Position numbers and translations under genes: made by a program. A DNA stretch of 53,973 nucleotides. Origin: a virus. Taxonomy: Duplodnaviria; Caudoviricetes. The notes beneath the pieces were generated by a model. It did no database searches and was not told where the DNA came from. It was given only the letters and a program-made list of their open reading frames with translations. The DNA lies in the IMG/VR virus record IMGVR_UViG_3300042294_003360, positions 1-53,973 of that record; one strand, written 5' to 3'. Numbering within the stretch: the first letter of the stretch is position 1; every line of letters starts with the position of its first letter. Below, piece after piece: positions 43,865-53,973 of the stretch.

Positions 43865-45040
43865 CTACCTTAGTCTGTGCCAACCCATCTTGTCGGATAC
43901 GGTAGATTCATATACGGCGTACAGATCCTCGAACCACTTTTGGAACTCCAGCTTTACATTGTCCATCAAGAACCGTTCACCGTACTCACGAACCGCCCTG
44001 TGATCCACGCCCTTCGCATCCCTTGCGGCATCCACAAAATCCTGAAGCGTATTGCACCTGTATCCAACCACCCCATTCAAGTGGTCCGGTATTGTTCCCG
44101 GGAATACGGCAAAGTTGGTAGTGATGGGCGGCGTCCCATGGAGCATACTTTCTATGTGTGTGCCGGCAAAACACTCGAGATATTCAGTCGGGGTGAAAGT
44201 GGCAATCGCCCCACCCATGAGCCTCTTCCTGTCCTCCACGCCGGCATATCCAAAGTACTCCCACGTTCCGGGCGGCAATTCAAAGTCGGGGTCTGTGTTT
44301 GGTACCAAATAGCCCCTGCTATCGACATGGGCCCCCTGACCAACAATGATCAGCTTCTTGTTCAGGTAGTTGCATGCAAGGGCCGCCGTCAGGATACCCT
44401 TCCTCTTGATCATCCTGCCTATGAAAAGATAGTAGTCCTCTTTTTTATCAGAGTACTCCACATCCTCGGGGTCAAAGTAGTTTGGTATCACCCTGTCATA
44501 GTAGCTGCCGTTGATGCTCTCGTACGGATGTTCGCTTCCATACGTAAAGTTCTGTATGTAGCTGCTCTCAAATGCCCTGAACCTCCCCCTGATAGACCCC
44601 CTGTACCCTATGCCGGGCTCACACGTAAGGAACAAACCGACGGAATCGGCGATTGGCGAGTGGTAGACGCCCTGTGTGCACAGAAGGAAGTCGTCGCCCC
44701 TCTTGTGCTTGTTGATGTAGTCTATTGAAACGCTGTAGAACTTCTGTGTCGTTGGTGTTTTGGGGGAATTGAAGTCGTGCCGGAAGTCGGTGTTCGTCCA
44801 GTCGTATCCCAACTCAAACCTGTTGTCACCGTCACCCCACTCCTTTTGGATATCCGCAAGCGTGTGGGTCTGTATGAACTCCGTACATGGAACATCCGAA
44901 CCTTCCGCGCCGTAATAGAACACCTCGTGTCCGAGGCTCAACAGCATCCTTGCCAACTTGTGGTTCTTCTGCGTGAAGGCGCATGACATGTACGTCCTGC
45001 TGCATGGCAGGTGAACAAGACCGAGAAGATGGAACCTCAT
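43865..45040 (-). CDS. Glycosyltransferase (GT-B, GT4-like)
   Basis: LFIGRMIKRKG and ECFAGTHIESMLHGTP (Ex7E). ATG 45040. Confidence 0.88.
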   Translation of the reverse strand: MRFHLLGLVHLPCSRTYMSCAFTQKNHKLARMLLSLGHEVFYYGAEGSDVPCTEFIQTHTLADIQKEWGDGDNRFELGYDWTNTDFRHDFNSPKTPTTQKFYSVSIDYINKHKRGDDFLLCTQGVYHSPIADSVGLFLTCEPGIGYRGSIRGRFRAFESSYIQNFTYGSEHPYESINGSYYDRVIPNYFDPEDVEYSDKKEDYYLFIGRMIKRKGILTAALACNYLNKKLIIVGQGAHVDSRGYLVPNTDPDFELPPGTWEYFGYAGVEDRKRLMGGAIATFTPTEYLECFAGTHIESMLHGTPPITTNFAVFPGTIPDHLNGVVGYRCNTLQDFVDAARDAKGVDHRAVREYGERFLMDNVKLEFQKWFEDLYAVYESTVSDKMGWHRLR

Positions 45041-45636
45041 AGTTTGTAGTGTTTCCCCTTGAATATGCCCCAGTATGCCTGACCGACGCAGGGGCCGACG
45101 CTGATGTAGTCGGTCTTCCCGTGCCCACCAAGCCACCGGTCAAGATTGCTGGCATGAAGATCGTGGATGTGCCCGTCTGATACTCCTTGATCAACCCATT
45201 CAAATATCCTAACTATCCTTGAACATGACAAAACATTTTCTATGATCTTTTGTGGATCTATGGTATGTTGCAGGCAGTTGTAGATGAGGGCTTCATCGAA
45301 AATGTGATCAGAGCTGAACGACTCTGCAGGCTCCTGCCTGATGGATACATTTGCCGATTCGTACCTCATCATAACCCAGTCCGGATATGGGCATGGATCT
45401 ATACCGACCTTGAGGCCGGCATTACTTTTCATCAGAATGGAGTACGGCCCGCAGCCCACATCAAGGATGTGCTTTCCGCCGAAGTCCCACCCCATCTGTC
45501 CAAAGTAGTTGGTCTTGTACACATCAAGACCCATCAATCTAGCGTAGATGTACTGCTTCGTCTCCTCGTTGTAGCTATTGACACAGTTGCCGTGCCATTC
45601 TTTTTCCCATTTTTGGGCTTCTTCCCATGTCTGCAT
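45037..45636 (-). CDS. Class I SAM-dependent methyltransferase
   Basis: ILDVGCGP, GIDP, NCLQH..DP motifs. Confidence 0.88.
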   Translation of the reverse strand: MQTWEEAQKWEKEWHGNCVNSYNEETKQYIYARLMGLDVYKTNYFGQMGWDFGGKHILDVGCGPYSILMKSNAGLKVGIDPCPYPDWVMMRYESANVSIRQEPAESFSSDHIFDEALIYNCLQHTIDPQKIIENVLSCSRIVRIFEWVDQGVSDGHIHDLHASNLDRWLGGHGKTDYISVGPCVGQAYWGIFKGKHYKL

Positions 45637-45647
45637 GTATTGGGTTT

Positions 45648-45983
45648 TTACAAATCTACGTCGATAAACTCAACTATAGAACACCCAATTTTATTTGAAA
45701 CTATCCTGTACAGATCCTCATCATTTGTTCCCCACGTAGCTAGGTCTTGACTTGAAAGGGTAATCGTATAATCATAAATGAATATATATGGGTAAGTCTG
45801 GGGCTCGTCAGAGGCAGATGGTGGTTCGTAATACCCAAAAGAAATTTTACAGTTGGTAAGATCAGCATTGGGTATATACGGGTTTATCTCAACACTCATG
45901 TATGGCGCATTCTTTATCGAATGCCCGAATGGATTGTCCTGTACTACTATTGACGACGGTGGATCTACTTTTGCAAGTAACAT
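45648..45983 (-). CDS. Hypothetical protein (AT-rich)
   Basis: 111-aa ORF. Confidence 0.65.
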   Translation of the reverse strand: MLLAKVDPPSSIVVQDNPFGHSIKNAPYMSVEINPYIPNADLTNCKISFGYYEPPSASDEPQTYPYIFIYDYTITLSSQDLATWGTNDEDLYRIVSNKIGCSIVEFIDVDL

Positions 45984-45994
45984 AATTATTGGAA

Positions 45995-46692
45995 TTAAAG
46001 ACCAAATCTAGATTTGATGGCATTGTAATTTTGGGCTTCTTCGGTCGTGGATAGTGCTCTATTGTAATAAAGTAAAATAGCATACTTACCCGCAAAAACA
46101 TTACCACTTGTTGGAAGTCTTGATAACATCCAAGCGTCTGTTGGGGTGAAATTAGGTAACGACCCATAAGTGTTAGTGACCCTTGCTGCTCCATTTACGG
46201 AGATTGACATTGAAAAATTTGCAGTATTCCTAACGGCTGAGACATAAGTCCAAGCACCATTACCAAGTTCATTAGGCCAAGTGGCAAGTCGACCGCCAGA
46301 ATCAGAATAAAATATTAATCTTCTTTGAGTGCCACCAAAACTCCCATTGGTCAAGTACATACCATTTGATGCTCCTTGATATGCAAATATATTTATGTCC
46401 GTTGCTTGGTTTCCTTCATATGCAAAAAAGGCTTGTATAGTACAGCTTCCTATTGCACTTGTATTGGGACTATTAACATTTATGCGACTACTATTATTTG
46501 CAAATCCTGTAAAATGTCCTCCATTACCGCTATTGAAAGAAAATGTACCTGTTATTGCTGCTGTTTTGGCACTCGCGCTTACATCAGTCCATGTAGTGCC
46601 ACTACCGGGATAGGAGCGTCTCTGCGCTGCATCAAAATGCAACTGCAATCCACTTGTGATGATTTTCTGACCACTATCTAATACTGCTGGCA

Positions 46693-46696
<4 letters not shown>
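45995..46696 (-). CDS. LamG/concanavalin A-like domain protein
   Basis: GLQLHFDA...SYPGSGTTW.D.S and YNRALS..E..QNY. AT-rich. Confidence 0.8.
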
Positions 46697-50214
<3,518 letters not shown>

Positions 50215-50218
50215 GAAA

Positions 50219-50226
50219 CAAAATTA
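50219..50226 (-). promoter_or_regulatory. Bacteroidota -7 promoter box
   Basis: TAATTTTG on the minus strand, 4 nt before ATG 50214. Confidence 0.6.
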
Positions 50227-50241
50227 GGCATTCTGGTTGTT

Positions 50242-50280
50242 AAAATAGAAATCCCCAGCCAAGAATGGCCGGGGAGTTTC
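50242..50280 (-). terminator. Intrinsic terminator
   Basis: Minus strand TCCCCGGCCA-ttct-TGGCTGGGGA followed by TTTCTATTTT. Confidence 0.75.
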
Positions 50281-50302
50281 AACAACCAAACTAAGAGAGA
50301 AC

Positions 50303-51139
50303 CTATTTGGATTTTGCCTTTGATTGAATTGTCTGGTATACCTTTTCTCCCTTAGCGGAGCTCACACAGAACGAGATGAGCTCTTCGATATTGTCACCGC
50401 CGGTCGTCCTAGCCACCGTGAGGATTGCCTCGCCGTTCGGCCAGCTGAACCTAGACTGCTCCTCGTTGAACAGGATGATACCCTTGCTGAGGGCCCGGTT
50501 GATGGTGGCCTTCATCAGGGCCTGCTTGTTGCCGATGAGCTCAAGGAAGTCTGCCGGGCTCTTGTCGGCCAAGTCTTCCAGATGGTTCCTGAGAACCTCC
50601 AGATTGCCGCTGTCGTCCCTTCCGAGGGCGGCGGTGTAGTTGCGGACATCGTCTGCCGTCAGATCTGCGGCTGCGTTCAGAGCTTCGCGCTTGATGTTGC
50701 GAGTCTTCCTCTCAACCTCAGACTTGGCCTTCTCGTCAACCAGTTCGAAGATCGCCTCCTTGTTGGGGTCACGATTCGGGTTCGATACGTTGTAGTTACA
50801 CAGCGACAGGTAGGAGTGAATCTCCTGATCAGCCGCCCTCCCCCCGACCAGCACGATTTCGCCGGCGGATGTGATGGAGAAAGAAAGATCGTGGTAGGTG
50901 TGGGCTCCGTCGGATGATACAGCCCTTACGGCTGCGATGTCGACGTACTCGTCTTTTTGGGGATCGTAGATCTGATCCATCACCGGCACCTGCCGGATTG
51001 CAGGGATGGCCTTCTTGGACGGATCCATCGGATGTGGGGGCAGGTCATATAACCTGTACCTTACACTTTCTCCGGGCTTCAATTTGGTCGAGTCGACCAG
51101 TTCCTTTGATAGGTCGTTGAACAGTTCTGTCTTTCTCAC
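50303..51139 (-). CDS. Capsid-associated protein downstream of the major capsid gene
   Basis: 278 aa, GTG start, position after the capsid gene. Confidence 0.65.
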   Translation of the reverse strand: MRKTELFNDLSKELVDSTKLKPGESVRYRLYDLPPHPMDPSKKAIPAIRQVPVMDQIYDPQKDEYVDIAAVRAVSSDGAHTYHDLSFSITSAGEIVLVGGRAADQEIHSYLSLCNYNVSNPNRDPNKEAIFELVDEKAKSEVERKTRNIKREALNAAADLTADDVRNYTAALGRDDSGNLEVLRNHLEDLADKSPADFLELIGNKQALMKATINRALSKGIILFNEEQSRFSWPNGEAILTVARTTGGDNIEELISFCVSSAKGEKVYQTIQSKAKSK

Positions 51140-51195
51140 TTGTTTGGGTTTTATGGTTTAAGTAAGGGGAGGAGGAAAATCCCCCTCCCACTTAT

Positions 51196-52503
51196 CTACT
51201 TGAGCTTGAACATCTGCTGAGCACCGAGAATCTCCAAGCCCTGAATGGACTCGTAGTGGATCTCGAGGACAGAGCGCTCACTGGTCGGAACCGGGGCCAG
51301 ACCGCCAAGCAGGATTTCCCTGTACTTGAAGTCGGTGCCACCCTCGGCCATGAAGCGAACCTGCATGCGGTCGACCATCTGACCGTCGTTGGTCTTGATC
51401 TTGCTGGCAGGAACACCGTAGGCAGCGTCCTTGGCGTTGTAACCACCGGTGAAGTTCACGATGTTCTTGTGGTCAAGGATCGGGAGGAACTTCTTGTAGT
51501 AGGTACGGCCATAGATCTTGATGGTGTCGATTCCGAGCTCGATCTGACGACCGGCGATCTGGAAGCGGGCACCCTGAGACAGGAGGGCCGAGTTGCCAAG
51601 GTTATTGAACAGGTCATCCCACAGGATGTTCTGAGCGGTACCGACGAACAGGAAGTACTCCTGCGGAGCGCGGTCAACGTTCAGGGTCTGTGTGAGGGCC
51701 TTGATGTCGGCCAGAGCGACAGAGCCGGAAGTCAGCAGGCTGAGGTCCTTGCCCAGAGTGGTAGCGTACTGGTCGAGACCCATAGTGGTCTGAACAGGCT
51801 TGCTCTCTGCGTCCACGAGGACGGGGTTGGCATCAGCGAACTTGGTCGTGCTCTTCTTGCCGAAGATCATGGCGGCGGAGATGTCGGCGCGGAACTTCAT
51901 CAGGCTCTCGTGCTGTCCCTTGTACATGTAGAAGGGCTTGCCTTGGAATTCAACTTCCACCTTGGAAGCCTTCTGTACGTCCGTGACCTCGAACTTACCC
52001 TTGAAGATCTGCACTTGGTTGGCATACTTCGTGACGCCCCACCTCTTGGCAGCCGGGGAGAGCGAACCCTCGCCGTTGGCGTTGGAGAAGAAGGACACCT
52101 TGTCGGCAGCGGTCAGGGTGATGTTGGTTCCGTCTACGCTGTGTACGACGATGTTGGTCGTGGCGGCCTTGGACTTCACCATACCTACCTTACCGTTGGT
52201 GAACAGGACGAGTTCGCCCGGGGTCACGTAGGCATAGGAGGTGGCGTCGATCGTGGCGGTTACAGCGGTGGTACCGGATCCGGTTACTGCAGTGACAGTG
52301 GCCAGAACGTACAGCTCTTCGTTTACGAAGTGGTGGTACTCAGGCACGGAGGTCACCTTGGAGCGACCGGTCAGTTCCATTACGTCGATGAAAGACAGCT
52401 CTTCATTCGTGATGTCGAGCACCTTGTTCAGGATTTCCCTCTGGTCGAGGAATTCGATTGAGGACACATATGATTTATTAAGTCCTCCGAGTGTACCGGG
52501 CAT
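51196..52503 (-). CDS. Major capsid protein
   Basis: 435 aa after the scaffold, N..QIFK...V.D and TTMGL motifs, strong C/G-ending codon bias. GC hairpin follows at about 51166-51189. Confidence 0.8.
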   Translation of the reverse strand: MPGTLGGLNKSYVSSIEFLDQREILNKVLDITNEELSFIDVMELTGRSKVTSVPEYHHFVNEELYVLATVTAVTGSGTTAVTATIDATSYAYVTPGELVLFTNGKVGMVKSKAATTNIVVHSVDGTNITLTAADKVSFFSNANGEGSLSPAAKRWGVTKYANQVQIFKGKFEVTDVQKASKVEVEFQGKPFYMYKGQHESLMKFRADISAAMIFGKKSTTKFADANPVLVDAESKPVQTTMGLDQYATTLGKDLSLLTSGSVALADIKALTQTLNVDRAPQEYFLFVGTAQNILWDDLFNNLGNSALLSQGARFQIAGRQIELGIDTIKIYGRTYYKKFLPILDHKNIVNFTGGYNAKDAAYGVPASKIKTNDGQMVDRMQVRFMAEGGTDFKYREILLGGLAPVPTSERSVLEIHYESIQGLEILGAQQMFKLK

Positions 52504-52521
52504 AGCGGTAAGTTTTAAAAA

Positions 52522-53493
52522 TTACTTGTGAATTCCGCGGGCTGCGAACGCCTGCAGGAGACCGGACCTGAAGTCCGATGCACCCTCGGTCGGAACATCG
52601 CCGGCGGTGTTTACTGTTGGGTTTTTGATCTCCTTTGCAATCTCCTGACGTCCTAGGGTTTTCCCGAAGTTGATGAGCGAACGCTCAAACTGCTCCGGGT
52701 TGTTGGAGTACGCGGCGACTTTGTACCACCTGTCGTAGTCCAGCTCGCCCTTTTCGTTGGCAAACTGCGCAAAAAATCGATCGTTGTCGAGTGTCATATC
52801 CAGCAGCGCGTTAGGTTCGACCTCGTAGTTGAACTCGCCGTCCTGAGTCTTGAGTGAGATCTTCTTGTTCTCAACCAAGCCCTTTGTCAGCGGGTTCGTC
52901 TTTACTTCTTGTTCGAACCTAGCCATCTGTTCGGCCATCTGCTTGTCGGCGTCGGTGGGTTCAGGTTCCGGAGCCTTGAACCCGTTCTGCCATTCAACGT
53001 ACTTGCTTCTGAGCTTTGACGCCTCAACCTTCATGAGCTCTCGCTCGAGCTGCGCGTCGTCCTCGGACCACTCATCGGGATCCAGCTTGTACTTGTCGAC
53101 CACCTGCTGCTTGTACAGACGCTCGAAAGCGCCGTCACTCAGCTCCGAATACTGCTCACGGAGTTCCCTTCTCAGGATCTCCTCGTCAGACATCTTGTTG
53201 AAGTCGACAGTCTTGGCCTGCAGATATGCTGTCAGATCACCCGTCTTTTCATAGAACTCTACGACCCCTTTGATGAAGTCGTCCTTGAACTTGTATTCTA
53301 CCGGATCTATCTTTGCCGGTTCGGGAGCCTTGTCATCCCCCGAGCTCTCAGGCTTAGGCGCCTCGGGCTCTTGCTGGGCTTCCGGTTGAGGGGCCGGTTC
53401 CGGCTCGACAACCTTTTCTACAGGCTCTTCGCGGCCGACCACCTTGAAGCTATCAATAGTGGCGCCGGTAAAATCCAAGGTTTCCTCTGACAT
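52522..53493 (-). CDS. Putative capsid scaffolding protein
   Basis: Acidic, P/E-rich N-terminus, between portal and capsid. Confidence 0.65.
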   Translation of the reverse strand: MSEETLDFTGATIDSFKVVGREEPVEKVVEPEPAPQPEAQQEPEAPKPESSGDDKAPEPAKIDPVEYKFKDDFIKGVVEFYEKTGDLTAYLQAKTVDFNKMSDEEILRRELREQYSELSDGAFERLYKQQVVDKYKLDPDEWSEDDAQLERELMKVEASKLRSKYVEWQNGFKAPEPEPTDADKQMAEQMARFEQEVKTNPLTKGLVENKKISLKTQDGEFNYEVEPNALLDMTLDNDRFFAQFANEKGELDYDRWYKVAAYSNNPEQFERSLINFGKTLGRQEIAKEIKNPTVNTAGDVPTEGASDFRSGLLQAFAARGIHK

Positions 53494-53510
53494 AGATTGG
53501 TTATTTGGTG

Positions 53511-53518
53511 CAAAAATA
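53511..53518 (-). promoter_or_regulatory. Bacteroidota -7 promoter box for the scaffold/capsid operon
   Basis: TATTTTTG on the minus strand, 17 nt before ATG 53493. Confidence 0.55.
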
Positions 53519-53544
53519 TAGTGGCATTTGATACTATCATCAAA

Positions 53545-53973
53545 TTAAGCCATAGGTGGCATCTGTTCCACGGGGAACGATTCCTCCATAGGCGCCTGAT
53601 TCATAAGCTCTTCGTCGTCCGGCATGCCCTTGTTCAGCTTGGCCACGCTCTTCTTGCCGGACTTCTCTATCTCCTTGGACTGGATCTTTCCGGTCTGCCT
53701 CATCTCCTCGAGCTGGAGTTCGAAGCCGTACTTCATCTCCATGAGCTTGGCGTCCAGCTCTTTCTCAACCTGAATGACCTGAGCCTTGACCTGACCCTCG
53801 ACCTGAAGCGTCTGCTGCTTGGCCTGCTCTGCGGCCATGGCAGACTGCTGCTGGACCTGAGCATTCATCTGCTGCATCCTCATGGCCTTGGCCTCCTCCT
53901 CCTCCCGGCGCTTGCGGATCTTGTAGGCAAGAAGCTGCTGGGCCACCTTCAGGTTGTCGGTGTTCTGTATGGT
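53545..53973 (-). CDS. Portal protein, C-terminal fragment (truncated by window)
   Basis: Open to the window edge, Q/E/A-rich coiled-coil tail, upstream of scaffold and capsid. Confidence 0.6.
   Translation of the reverse strand, partial: TIQNTDNLKVAQQLLAYKIRKRREEEEAKAMRMQQMNAQVQQQSAMAAEQAKQQTLQVEGQVKAQVIQVEKELDAKLMEMKYGFELQLEEMRQTGKIQSKEIEKSGKKSVAKLNKGMPDDEELMNQAPMEESFPVEQMPPMA

Noticed and set aside
51256-52461. 401-aa plus-strand ORF opposite the capsid gene, and similar antisense ORFs (37682..38503, 43877..44728, 10396..11187, 7491..8216)
   Set aside because: These are shadow ORFs caused by strong codon bias on the coding strand, with no recognisable motifs.

Overview
About 54 kb of a dsDNA phage genome, probably a podovirus with crAss-like structural genes. 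The host is probably a Bacteroidota: TAnnTTTG promoter boxes, A-rich starts without Shine-Dalgarno sites. The + strand (1-17.1 kb) carries small early genes, then a tyrosine recombinase, ERF/YqaJ recombination genes, a primase-helicase, a resolvase, three aberrant tRNA-like genes, a cytosine methyltransferase with a nested out-of-frame gene, a GT2, a PAPS-reductase-like protein and a dNMP kinase. The - strand (17.2-54 kb) carries the portal C-terminus, scaffold, major capsid, collagen-like and fibre proteins, GT4/methyltransferase, holin/u-spanin, tail proteins and a ~3660-aa polyvalent protein. Main observation: each of the first 13 early genes (197-4814) is preceded by a structured RNA in the same slot. 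Four are hammerhead ribozymes and nine are anticodon-less mini-tRNA modules (12-13 bp acceptor+T helix with a T-loop). This suggests an RNA-based system that cuts the early transcript into single-gene units. All structures were read by eye. No folding or database searches were run, so product names rest on recognised motifs.
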